Positions 1 to 11,990 of a stretch of DNA of 64,000 nt are shown piece by piece. Numbering within the stretch: position 1 is the stretch's first letter; the number at the start of each line of letters is the position of its first letter. A program made the translations under genes and the position numbers. The stretch comes from Octopus sinensis (taxonomy: Eukaryota): assembly GCF_006345805.1 (NCBI RefSeq), contig NC_043010.1:28830001-28894000 (forward strand). The letters are read 5' to 3'. Below the pieces are notes generated by a model. The model was not told the DNA's origin. It saw only the letters and a program-made list of their open reading frames with translations, and searched no databases.

Positions 1-1087
1 AATTACTTCAAAATGAGGCCACTTAAATGTCGACAGTTTGCGAAACTTTGTTGGGGTATGGAAGTAGGCCATTCCACCTTAATCCAGCACACAGAAATAC
101 GATGGTTGTCAAGGGGAAAAGTATTGTCCCGTTTTTACGAATTAAGAGAAGAGTCATTGACCTTTTGTTTGCAAGAAAACCTGAAAGACTTTGTAGAATG
201 TTTAAGTGATGACCATTGGTGTTCCAAGTTAGCATATCTTGCCGATATATTTCATGAGCTAAGCCTCTTGAACAATGGCATGCAGGGCAGGAACGAAAAT
301 ATCTTGTCTTCTACTGACAAAATAAATGCTTTTCAGAAGAAATTGACAATATGGAAGAAACGCAAAGCTGCAGGAAATTTGGAAATGTTTCAAAGTGTTT
401 TTAAAAGGAATTGTCAAGAAACTTCGTTACTGATTTTGAACCATTTGCACACTTTGTTAACAAATCTTGACAAATATTTTCCACCGATATCTGTTGACCA
501 GTATGACTGGATTAGAAACCCATTTGTAGAATTTGAGCCATTTGAAGAACAGTTCTCATTAACAGAAGAACTTGCTAGTTTTTTAAATGACAGACCATTA
601 AAATTGAAGCATTCTGAGCTTCACCTAAATGCATTTTGGTTGCTGGTTGAAAAGGAATATCCTGCAATCGCCCAGAAAGTGAGTTTGGATTTTCAGCCCT
701 GACAACCATCAAGCACAAGAAGCGAGCACAATTGCTGTCGTGTGTGTCTATCGACCCAATCTTAAAGAGTTGTGCAAGAAACACCAGGCTCAAGTTTCTC
801 ATTGAGTTTTTGATGAGAATAAATGTAATCTATTCAAACTAAAGTTTTTTTTAATACATGTTTTAATAATAACTGTAGATGCAAGAATAAAGTTGCATAT
901 GTACTTGACAATTTTTTTACAGTTTGTGATTTTATTGTAAATAAATCTGAACATGAGTATTTTCATTTCATTAATTAAATGCTGTATTTTTTTTGCATAA
1001 GACAATTAAATTATTGCACAGGGGTTCCTCGAGCCAGTGGAATGTTTCCTTGGGGTTCCGCTCCAGCAAAAAGGTTGAAAAGCACTG
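1..1087 (+). mobile_element. hAT DNA transposon, Buster/Charlie group, 3' part (5' end outside window)
   Basis: Transposase ORF plus right TIR ending AAGGTTGAAAAGCACTG at 1087, followed by 8-mer CCCTAAAC with the central TA typical of Buster target sites. Confidence 0.9.
13..702 (+). pseudogene. Buster/Charlie-type hAT transposase fragment (ZBED5/SCAND3/FAM200-like family)
   Basis: Motifs HTEIRWLSRGKVLSRFYEL and LAYLADIF..L..LN..MQG; ORF ends before the C-terminal dimerisation motif, which appears decayed. Confidence 0.85.
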
Positions 1088-1399
1088 CCCTAAACAAATG
1101 AATTCCGCATGACATATAACTCGTCATAACTTTTTTTTTTGAGTTTTCAGAAAATTGTTGCGAATTTGTATTCTACACGCGGGACTTCATACGATTATGC
1201 AAAAGAAAAAAGAATTGTGGGGTGCGTGATTTAAGGCCTACTTAGCTGTTATTTTTAGCACACCTCACAACCACCTCAATGACAAAAACAAAACAAGTAA
1301 ACAACACGTATTTTGTAGTTTTAAGCATTAAATATGCACTTAATGCGATAAGCATCACATTACAAATTAAATATTTAAAAAAAACAAACATCTCAACAA

Positions 1400-2667
1400 T
1401 CTTCCCAGGACCACCAACCTTAACTGGATAACGGAGCGAGTCCTCCGCACATACTTCCCTAACATAGCTGTAATAACCAACAGCTGTGTAATGGCTCATC
1501 CCCAGTTCTTCAACACAAAACCGGACTGAAGTCAATTCTTTAACCTATGAGAAAAGGAAAAGCACTACAGTCCTAAGAGGAGGGGTGCCACCTTCAAAGC
1601 AGACTCCATGCATCCTTGGCGCGTGCATCGCCAATACATATTCCTACCACGTTTTCTTGTACTCATAAAATGCTTCTTCGTTTTGCATAATTCTTTTCGG
1701 TGTACGAAACCGCATCCCCCTCTGGTACGTGATTTAAGGCCTATTTGGATGCTATTTTTAGCACATATGATAACCATCGGATCTTTACCTTTTGACCCAC
1801 AGATTTAAAAAATGATTTTTTGTAACTAAACACTTTCAAACTTCGGACACTGGTAGAATGTGTCATATAAAACATCTTTTACTCTTAGCATTTTTGAGAA
1901 AAACTCATGTTTACGAAGTAATTTCACGTTAAAGTTGTCCTATTTCGGTAATTTCAACCAATCAATGACGTGTATTCAGCTGAATAAAATTACTGCCGTT
2001 GTTTGTCAACAACTATCGGCGGTGTGTTTTTCGTTTGTCACTGTTATTTATGACATCGCTCTTGCGTTTGTACTGGTTTTAGCTTTAAGGTTTCAGGGTT
2101 AGGGTCGTCATAAATAACAGCGACAAACGAAAAATACACCGCCGGAAGTTCTTGTTGACAAACAACAGCAGGAATTTTATTCAGCTGAATACACGTCATT
2201 GATTGGTTGAAATTACCGAAATAGGGCTACTTTAACGTGAAATTACTTCGTAAATAAAAGTTTTTCTCAAAAATGCTAAGAGTAAAAGATATTTTATATG
2301 ACACATTCTACCAGTGTCTGAAGTTTGAAAGTGTTTAGTTACAAAAATTATTTTTTAAATCTGTAGGTCAAAAGGTAAAGATCCCAACCATCTTAATGAC
2401 TAGAACATATTAGTCAACACGTGCTTTCTCGCAGACAAAAGAGTTCTCATGTTTGGCTTGTTATTATGGAAACAGGCACGAATGTGTCTGTGGCTTACGA
2501 TTGGCTAATATTACCCCAAATTTTCAAACTTTAATAATTAATAACTCTTTATTTATTGATTTATTGCGAAAATGATTTTCATCGCATTGATTAGCCTCTA
2601 AAAGTGTTTCATTACACTGAATATGAAATCAATTTGAACAGAAATCGACCTTGGCAGCCAAATTGCC
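1400..2667 (-). mobile_element. Merlin (IS1595/ISXO2-like) transposon remnant interrupted by a MITE
   Basis: Minus-strand peptides ...YWRCTRQGC (Zn-ribbon-like) and YVREVCAEDSLRYPVKVGGPGKIVE (Merlin IGGPG.IVE.DES region); putative terminus GGCAATTTGGCTGCC at 2667 fits GG-starting Merlin TIRs. Confidence 0.65.
1779..2384. mobile_element. Fully palindromic (foldback) MITE, 606 bp
   Basis: GGATCTTTACC...GGTAAAGATCC termini; about 290-bp arms that are reverse complements; flanks TAACCATC/CAACCATC (7/8 TSD). Confidence 0.9.
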
Positions 2668-2859
2668 TGAAGATCATTCAAATGTATTGTTATCAATGTT
2701 AAGTCCAGTCTCGAGATTGTTTCTAATGTTACTAGTAATTACTATCAAGGTTTTTTCTTTCTTTTCTTTTCTTTTTTATTTTGTATCATCTGCAACTTCA
2801 TAACCCATAAACCAACGAGAGAGCAGCCTCTTCATCAGTCATCAACAAATTGTGATCTC

Positions 2860-2981
2860 GGGACTATCTAAACGGTGCACCTAACAAAAATTACCTTGAA
2901 TTTTCATTTAGTAGTGCACCCTTCCTAATGATACACCATACCTCTTGCAACTCGCTTCTCGAAAAAGGTTGCCCATGCTTG
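2860..2981. mobile_element. hAT (Charlie/Buster-like) terminal remnant
   Basis: Ends AAAAGGTTGCCCATGCTTG, followed by 8-mer CTCTACAT with central TA; left boundary not defined. Confidence 0.5.
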
Positions 2982-4055
2982 CTCTACATGTTCGCTTGAC
3001 CTGCTATAAAATTTAGCCAAATTTCTTTAAATCACAACTATATTGTCTTATATGAAAAGAAAACATTAGATGATGTAATCCTTTACACATTTAAAAAAGA
3101 CCTGGATGGTTATAGATGTGTTTGATCATAGGTCTACTCAATCAAAATCCATTGGGTTTAAACGACTATAATAAAACAATAGCAACGATGACACCATAAA
3201 CCTAATAATTATTTCTCAGTAATGTTCAAGGTGTAAATTATAGGTACGAGTATCTAAACCAACTAAACATATTTATCTTACTATTTTATTAACCTACTAT
3301 GGGATTAAAGACTTGCTGTTATTTTAAATGAAAACGCAGTATGACAAAACCTATATCCCTCAAGTGTAGGGATTCTTAATCAGGCTATTTATATTCACTC
3401 ATGGTAACGGAAACAAAGTCTAGAGTAATGGGACTCAGTCGTTCAAAACTTCGTTTGTGGTAGCCAAGATTTTCGCTCAGAGCCTTGAGTTCGTGTTTTA
3501 GAGTAATTAAATTCCCCTCAGAGCTTATAAGATGTTTATAAGATGTGACTAATGAGGTGTAAACTCATTGCTCCTTTTACATATTAAGTTTTTAACTATC
3601 CAATATGGCGTCGAAGATTGCTGATGTTTTCTTCAAGTTTTGTCTTCCATCTAAATTGTTTCGATTTCATACTCCCATTACCATGTATACTGCAGATTTC
3701 TCCTAGGTGTTCTTTAACAGTTATAGCAGCTGGGTGTATGAGAGTATTAATACTCCATGTGCTTTCCAACGACATCATCGTTAACTTTCAACATGAGAGC
3801 TGTTGCATTTTTTAAAAACTCTTGTTAAGAATGGCCTTTTACTTAACGATAGTTTTGAAGCAGTAGAAAAGTTTTCCATGAACTGTAGTCTGAGGATATT
3901 TCTAAGTTAAATATATCCCATTGTTGCGTCTGTTGACTCAACTACGAGAGAATTTAGCGATGGCGGCGGTTTGTTTACATTATTTTTGATCTCTCTTTTG
4001 GCAGGTTTTGGCCAGTTCTCAGTGTTTTGAGAAGACCGATTGCATCACTAGAGCA

Positions 4056-4176
4056 AGTATGTATGTTTTATGTATGCATGTACGTATGTATGTATGTATG
4101 TATGTATGTATGTATGTATGTATGTATGTATGTATGTATGTATGTATGTAGGTAGGTACGTACGTACGTACGTACA
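4056..4176. repeat. (TATG)n microsatellite
   Basis: Direct reading; explains the YIHT/YVCM ORFs. Confidence 0.95.
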
Positions 4177-5001
4177 TACGTGTGTCATCGTTCAGTTTTA
4201 TTTCAAGATTTCTTGCCAATAGAGAAAGAGCCGGTTTTTAACCTAGATCCAAGTTTCCTTCATTGGAGTTTCAACATCAGCAAGATATTTTTGTATGTAT
4301 GTATGTATGTATGTATGTATGTATGTATGTATGTTTGTATGTGTGTGTGTATGTGTGTATGCATGCAAGTATGCATGCATGGTAAGCCTGGTAACATCTG
4401 TTGCATGGTTAGGTCGTCGACGATTAAAGTGGCAACTCCATCAAGCTTGCTTGATGAGGATGGTGATTGTTGAACACCATGTAAGACGAAAAATAAGACC
4501 TGTCAAAGGGCGGAAGAACTTATGAACAGTCAACAGCCATTCACCAATATGTGTACACGTGTAGGTATGCATGTAAACGCGGGGACGTGGAAATACCTGG
4601 GTTGGTGTCCGGGCGCGCGGTTGGCCCATTGGGAGTTGGAGGTCCCTCTGTTTTGTCACAACATCTCTCTAGGAGAGGGAAACACTGAGAGAAAACTTGC
4701 GACACAGACAATATTCGATGATGTAAACTAGTTCTTTTCGAGTTTATGTTGTCCATGTTCAGAGACTAGGGTTGGATTTATGCAAATCCTTTTCCCACTA
4801 TAAAAAATCATCATGCACAGGCATCGTTTGTAAAAACGCAAGACCTATCACAACATGGCTGGTCGTAGCCTTCGCATGTGTGAGACTTTCGATCAGGCGA
4901 TGGCAACACTTGAACACAAGTTTGCAGCCATTATGGTAAGCCTGTATATTATAGGCTTGTAGCGCACACTAGAGTGAAATTCCTCTCTCCTTTATTATAT
5001 A

Positions 5002-5513
5002 CTAGCAGTATCGCCCGGCGTTGCTCGGGTTTGTAAGGGAAATAACTATATAAGCATTTTTAGAGAGTTACTTCCCTTATAGATGCCAACTCGGGCTTTC
5101 TTAGCCATTTCTGTTTTGATGTCTTCAAGCCATGAAGACGTTGTTCTAAAAGAACGCTGGTCTCCTTGACAACGCTTTACGACGTTGATTTCCTTACACT
5201 CCCTTCTCCACAGCTTCACGAGGGAGGGAAGAAGGGGGAGAAGCAAACAGGTGCAGGTGTGACCATGGACGCCAACTCCGCCGCCATCGACACACGAAAA
5301 TTATGCATTAAAATGGAATAAAAAATGATGTTAAATTATTTTTAAAATCGTAGACTCATCGTAGACGCGCGCTAATACTCAGACGGGCTCGATATGAATC
5401 ACGACTATAAGATACCCAAATTTGGTTAAACTGCACCGCAAAATGTGGGAGTAGTTAGGAATCTAAATCGAAGGGGACAGACACTCACACAACTACAGTT
5501 TTATATATATAGA
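5002..5513 (-). mobile_element. Non-autonomous Helitron
   Basis: Minus strand reads A|TCTATATATATAAAA ... CCCGAGCAACGCCGGG hairpin ... CTAG|T: 5' TC, 3' CTAG, subterminal hairpin, AT target, no TSD. Confidence 0.85.
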
Positions 5514-5515
5514 TA

Positions 5516-5845
5516 TGTACATTCGGACGTAGCTGATAACAGTTAACCTTTGGCCGCTATTTGGACCCCGTTTTGTCCACTACTCTGATTGGTTGGTATT
5601 GGCGCAATTTGTCTCTTACTCTGTCGTTCCAACATGCAGCGTATAACCAGTCAGAGCCCCTAAGTAAAATCACGTGAGACAGCTTTTTCTCAACCCCGTT
5701 TGAACCTACTGCGTCTTATAAAAACCCAGCTTTTCCTCGTCTCGAGGTCTTTGGTTGCAGACCTTTAAAGGTCTAGCCGCTGACCACACGCATACACAGC
5801 TCAAGCTTGATCACAATTCCTTCTATAATGGTGACCCCGACGTGA
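5516..5845 (+). mobile_element. LTR plus tRNA-Trp primer-binding site of a Ty3/Gypsy (CsRn1/Kabuki-like) element
   Basis: TGTA start, TATAAAA near 5717, then TGGTGACCCCGACGTGA (5829-5845), complementary to the tRNA-Trp 3' end. Confidence 0.6.
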
Positions 5846-6049
5846 ACACGCATAACCACGTGACCACGATCATCTAACGGCTTACCAGAATTTCATAGGC
5901 TCAAAGTGGTATAAACTTCAAATTATAGGTATCAAACCACGCCAACCTCAAATTTAGAGGTATCATAGTTATAGGTGCTTATATGAAAAACTTCTGTAAC
6001 GGGTGAGATTGATTATTTTTGTATCGATTGAAATTTAATTGTGACGGTT

Positions 6050-6739
6050 AAGATTTTTTTATTATAATAGCCCTTGTAATTGTGCCGAGAGTGTTTGAAT
6101 CTGAGCAGCCTGTTGAGCCAGGAGTGCACGTAGTTCCAGTAGTTCAGAGGAATCCGAAGAAGCAGCAAAAGGATTGTTGGAAGATATTGTAGCCATTGTC
6201 GAAAACGAGTTGGCTGCCTCAGCGATTCGATCTGCTGTCTCGGCCAATTCATCGACAGTGGCCGATTCTTTTGTAGATGCCAGTATTACTTGTGTGTTGG
6301 CAGGCAGACGTTTCGGGAATATCCCATCTGCAAGGTGTGATCAACTAGCATAGTTGCTTCATCCGTCATAATAGTTGTGACGGAGTTTTATCACCCAGCT
6401 CTTCGGAAATTAAAAGTCGGTGCAGTTGCCGCTGCTCCGAGTCAGAGGTCCTTTTATGAATTAAATCTTAAAAGTGTCGTAAGACACGGGACCTGGTGGG
6501 GCCATAATCAAGTCCCTGACCGCCATCATTATTTCAGGTGAAAGAGCACCAATTAAGTACGTTAATTCCGCTGCGTCGCTCGTTATGCTATTTGCAGCAA
6601 ACAGAACCACGACGTGGGTGAACGAGAGGGCCGGATCGAAAGAGCAGAAGGATGGCAGTTTTATTGAAATTGCGGCCTGAGGCAGTGCCATGACTACGGA
6701 AGAAAAGGATGCAGGCGCGTCTTGCTCTGGAAAGTGCAT
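6050..6739 (-). pseudogene. Gypsy gag pseudogene (CsRn1/Kabuki-like)
   Basis: IKLPSFCSFDPALSFTHV...YLIGALSPEI...VRDLIMAPP...YDTFK matches the KLPPFW..P..WF gag N-terminus; frameshifted continuation AETADRIAE. Confidence 0.8.
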
Positions 6740-6827
6740 ATATAATAAAAAAGAGGTGGTAATTTTTCTTTACACAGGGTCACCAAGTTGTTGGTAATGC
6801 AGCTTCAGAAGGCAACAATTCTTTCGC

Positions 6828-7310
6828 TCGGGGTCGCCAGTTGTAACGATAAAAATTTGTTGTTATAACGGCATTTTGTAGGATGTGAAAGATAAACAAT
6901 GCATGAAGTTTTAAGAAAGTATTTATTTACCGTTATGTTGAAAATATCTTGCCTCGACGAGAAGGTGAAAAAAATCCAAGAACATGCGAAAGAAAGTTAG
7001 ATGTGGTAGAATTTTTCTTTGTATAGTTTTGTGTACACGTTTTTTTTTAGCAGTAAGCTACCGATAGCGATAGAATGATGTTGTAAGATAGCAGATATAG
7101 ATCTAGTGAAAGTTGTAGGGTCATGGGAAGGCGTCTCATTTCATTTCTCTCGCTGACCATTGTCTTTAGTAGCTGCCTTGCTTTGGATCATGACTTTACC
7201 GGTCCGTTCCCTAACTGATTGAGTTGTCACGAGCCTACTCACTCAGTTATCACCAAGTGACCACTCGGTTTTTGTTTGGGGGTTCTTGCTTTTATTAACT
7301 ATCCAGAAGA
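6828..7310 (-). mobile_element. 5' LTR and PBS of the minus-strand Gypsy remnant
   Basis: Minus strand: AATAAA, LTR end ...CGTTACA at 6842, AC, then TGGCGACCCCGA (Trp PBS variant); far LTR boundary uncertain. Confidence 0.6.
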
Positions 7311-8649
7311 CATTATTTCGGCCTAGCTAAAGGCAATCTGGCAAATGTAAAATGGCTGTCAGAAAAAAATCATTGTGAGAAAAGAACTGTTGAACTGTTA
7401 ATTTAAATTTGGCTATGGGGGATCGAATCCACTTCATGCCTGCATGATCCAACACTTCTATGACCCAATTTTCTTTATGCAGAATGTGTATCCATTTTCT
7501 GATTTTCAAATAACCAGAGAGTTTGGGCATGCTTAGGTACCTGTTCATTATTTAAGATAATAAGGTGGGAAAATAATAAACTTTTATTAATTCTATGATA
7601 TATTCGGAATTCTGGAAATTTTAAAGCTCGAAGTCATTAAAACTACAACAGCTACTTGTGATTTGAGAGTACAATTACAATCTAAGTACATTACATACTC
7701 GCTGGACCTCTGGTAAAGACAACCAGTACTGGGCTTAGACTGAGCTATGACATGAATATGTTTGTTATTTTGTATGAGTTGCGCACGTCAGCGTTTTAGT
7801 GTTTCCTTCACAGGGATTTAAGTCATTTCAGTGTTAAACGGAACGCATTTCCTAAGCAGATAGAACACCACGACAGACCCTATGTATGTATATATAATAT
7901 ACGTATATTTCTTTGTGTCATTTTGTATGTATTCTGTTCTTACAACTCATCTATTTTGTTTACTGACTTTTTTGTTTACAGACTTCATAATTTCTGTTAC
8001 CGTACAGAGCTATTTTTTTTCTGTCCTTGTTCGTTCATCATGACTGCTCGTATACATCCCAACAGCCAAATTGGACAATATTATCAAAGCGAGTCGAAAT
8101 TGTCTCCAATGTTTGCTTTGACATAGTTTCTACAGCTGAATACCTTTTCTAATATCAACTACTTTACCCGCAGGAAAATACTCCTCAACTGATGTAGTTA
8201 TTGAGTGTGGTGACTTTGTGCCAGATGAAGAGAGGTGACATGAGATACATGACTATTCCAGTAGGAAAAGGAGAGATGGTAAAAGAGGCATCAGTTACAT
8301 GAAGTGAGTAGAACAGAGTGCTCCAGAGGATTAGAGAGAGTGAGTGCATGGGTTAGTTCGCAAGTTGTAAAAGGAGAGTGGTAGATGGATAGAGATGAGG
8401 ATAGAGGTGAACGCAGTGAATGGAGGTATGATGAATGTCAGTTTTTTTGCTGTGTCTCTGTGTTTGTGTGTGTGTGGAGAATAGGGTGGGGTGACTCGCT
8501 TTCACTTAATATCCAAACAACTCGCTATGGCTCTTGCGTGATATTCCCATTGCGTGACGTTCCTATTGGTCTCAGTTTCAACTCCTATGGTCTCAGTTTC
8601 AATTCTCATGGTTCTGGTTTCACCTCTGAAAGTTATGGTAAGCCAATTA

Positions 8650-8678
8650 TATCTATCTATCTATCTACCTATCTGTCC

Positions 8679-8772
<94 letters not shown>

Positions 8773-8788
8773 ATACACACACTCACTC

Positions 8789-8819
<31 letters not shown>

Positions 8820-8840
8820 TGTATGTATGTATGTATGTAT
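8650..8840. repeat. Compound (TATC)n/(TATG)n microsatellite
   Basis: Direct reading. Confidence 0.95.
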
Positions 8841-9309
8841 GAATGGTGTGTATACTATATGAGCATGTATATGTTGTGTTCTTTTACCCCGAGAATCGAG
8901 TGGTTGATAGGATGAATTTAAATCTCCTTGAAGATGGTACCCAAGCATCGCCATATTCTAATGACCAAAACAACATTTTCCAGTCATTTTGATTGGTCTT
9001 GTACTTCTACAGAAATCAAAAGGCGGACTACTGATAGTAAACTAAACATACGAAATATTTAATACTTTTTAAAGAAGAACAAAGATTGGCAAAAACGGAA
9101 GACCATTGCTTTGCGAGCCTTTGTCTTGGTACTTTTTGAGTTCAAATTCTACCAAGAATGAATTTCGTAAAATTACTATTATGCCTATTTTGGTGTTGTT
9201 TTTAAAAAATAAACTATATCCTTCCACTTCAAAATTTTGCATCTCGGATGTACAATATTTTCGTATTATTTATTGTTCAGCAATATCACTTTGTAGTTAT
9301 TCAAGTTAG

Positions 9310-9726
9310 GGATCTTTTCGGTTTGAACGGCAGTTTTTTAAAATAATTTCCACGGAACTAAACACGTTTAAACTTCGTACACTAGAAGAATGTGTTTATG
9401 AAACATCTTTTTCTCTTGGCTTTATTGAGAAAATTCTATAGGTTGTAAAATATTTGCTGTTTTTTTTCTTCAATTTCTGCAATTTCAACCAATCAATGAC
9501 GTCTATTGAGGTGAAAACATTCTGTGCCGTATGAATATGTCCCTCGTTTAAGAAACAGATTGGGTTTATTTACATTTGTGAAGAAAAAAAAGATACCATT
9601 CCCCCACCCCTAACCCTAACCCTAAAACAGATTAAAATGCAATAGATCGATACTAGGGTCATAATTATGGGTGACAATTTCATATGACACCGCTAGAAAA
9701 AACTGCCGTTCAAACCGAAAAGATCC
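9310..9726 (+). mobile_element. MITE with 8-bp TSD (Merlin-like ends), 417 bp
   Basis: TIR GGATCTTTTCGGTTTGAACGGCAGTTT at both ends; perfect TSD CAAGTTAG; internal CCCTAACCCTAACCCTAA. Confidence 0.92.
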
Positions 9727-9759
9727 CAAGTTAGAAGTAAAAAATCCTGTCTCTAAGAC

Positions 9760-9930
9760 TAGGAATCATAGAACCGGTTACCCGCTTTCCAACCTGGATA
9801 AATGAACGTGAAATGCTGTGGCGTCGCACGGTTACAACATTTACTAAATGGTGTACTAGAGCAATGTGAAATGAAATGTCCTGCTGAAGAACACAACCCA
9901 CCACTCTAACCACTAGGCCACACACATTCA
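9760..9930 (-). mobile_element. tRNA-derived SINE remnant
   Basis: Minus-strand head GTGGCCTAGTGGTTAGAGTG (A-box-like), same family as 47410-47725. Confidence 0.55.
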
Positions 9931-10811
9931 CTTGAAAGGGTGAAAATGACACAATAATTGTAGATTTATACATGAAAACCATGCCTTTCCGTAAAATTAC
10001 TCGGTTTTTCAAAAATAAACCATATATAAAAATCCTTTTCCTCCATTTTTTTGTGGATCGAAATCAATGAGTACAAAATAGATATAAAAAATATCACAAT
10101 TTTTTCGGATGGATAATTAATCTCAGAAAATTCTTTCATAAATTGGATGTAATGCAAGGGAGATAACTAGATCCCATCTTTGCTCCACAATAATCACGAC
10201 TGAGAATTATTTAAAAAAATCCGATTCCAGCTTGTTTATTAATATTTTCTAATCTTTATTGTTTTTGAAAATTGCAATTGAAAAAAAAAATCTGATATTG
10301 AAATTTGAATTTAACTCAAAATTTAATCAAATATATTTGCTATCGATTACTGTTTCTACTTCTTAATAAATAAATAAATGATCAATAATTTTGAATTAAA
10401 TTTAAATTTTAATTCCATATTAAAATATTTAGTCTGATTTATGAATTTTTTGCCGTTTTATCCATCTGAAATTTTAAACGCAAAATCAAAATAGAAAATC
10501 GATACTTTTTCTGCAGTTGAAACTTTCGGTAATCCTTCGAAGATGTAAATATCTTGATGGAGACAATTCCGGTAACATTATTGATTAGATGATTGATTGA
10601 TTTAGCGTTCGATTACGTTTTTCGTTTAAGTGGTGTAGGTTGGTTATAATCTGGGTTAACGATACAGTTTTATTACTTAGTTGAGTCCCATTCACTCTTG
10701 TTTATCCCTCGTAATTGTGATGTTTAACCCCAGGCTTATGCTTTTGACTTATGATTACAAAATTTGGGATATTTTATAGATTGTTGTGTGACTGTATACA
10801 ATAAGTTCATT

Positions 10812-11990
10812 ATTGTTCTTATTATCTTTCCACCGAGACCAATTTCACCTTTTATCCTTTTAGGGTCGATAAAAATAAGTACCGGTCGGACACTGACGCC
10901 GATGTAATCAATCTATTTACTCATCTCCCTTAAAATTGCTGGCTCTGTCCCAAAATTTGAAACGATCATGATGATGATGATGATACATCATCATTATTAT
11001 TATTAGGATGACGGATTAGGAAAATCTTTAGCCTTTGAGACAAAAATCTTTGTGGTATTTCTTTCGTCTTTACTTTCTGAGGTCAACTTTGCCTTTTATC
11101 CTTTCAGTGTTGATAGAATAAGTACCAATCAAGTACTGGGGCTACTGTAATCCACTTGCCCCTTCCTCCAAATTTCAGGACTTGTATTTATAGTACCCAT
11201 ACTTGAAGACATTTGCCCAAGGTGCCATGCAGTGGGACTGAATCCAGAGCCAAGTGTTTGGGAAGCAAGCTTCTTACCATACAGTCACATCTGTGCCTAG
11301 ACTGGCCCATTAAACTGTCACGTTAAAAGCACCCAGCACACACTGTAAAGTAGTTGGTGTTAGGAAGGGGATCTAGCCATAGAAACCAAGCCAAACCAGA
11401 CTGGAACCTGGTGCGGCTCTCCTGCTTGCCAGCTCTGGTCAAACTGACAAGCCCATGCCAGCATGGAAAACAGATGTTAAAGGATGATGATGATATGCTG
11501 GGCATATGCATGGCAGTTGGTTGAGAAGTTTGTTTCACAATCACAAGTAAAAGTTAGAAGATAAAAGATATATGTGCAGACATGGCAATATAGGTACTGG
11601 TATGGGTGAGTTATTAAGAAGCTTGCTTTGCAACCATGTGGTTTTCAGTTCAGTCCTACTTTGTGGTATCATGGCAAATGTTCACTAATATATGTTGGCT
11701 GACTAAATGCTTTGTGAGTGTATAGAGTTGACAGAAACCACGTGTAAGCTCACCATGTGTGTGTGTGTGTGTTTGTATCTGTCTCCCCTCCACTGCTTGA
11801 AAACTAGTGTTGGTTTGTTTGCATCCTAGTATCTTAATAGTTTTGCAAAACAGAGCAAGAGAATAAGTACCAGACATCAAAAAGGAAAATAAATAAGTAC
11901 TGAGGTCAGTTTGTTTGACTAAACCCTTGAAGGGTGCCCCAGCATGGCCACAGTCCAGTGACTGAAGCATGTAAAGAATAAAAGATACAG
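10812..11990. mobile_element. Cluster of SINE copies and RTE-tail fragments
   Basis: Recurrent core GGGTCGATAAAA.AAGTACC, head CCCAAGGTGCCATGCAGTGGGACTGAA, and tail AGGAAGGG...CCCATGCCAGCATGGAAAAC.GA.GTTAAA(TGA)n, all seen many times in the window. Confidence 0.8.

Noticed and set aside
3300-4020. Stop-riddled minus-strand reading frame, probably a decayed transposon ORF
   Set aside because: No diagnostic motif recognised
4436-4520. Hammerhead-like TTGATGAG...CACCAT...GACGAAA
   Set aside because: Helix II does not close properly next to the core, and no convincing helix I or III
7327-7548. 73-aa minus ORF beside a GGCAATCTGGC Merlin-like end
   Set aside because: No second TIR, TSD or recognisable transposase motif
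10500-10800. Possible Penelope remnant with decayed GAAGGATTACCGAAAG motif
   Set aside because: CUGANGA core missing and translation too degraded to assign
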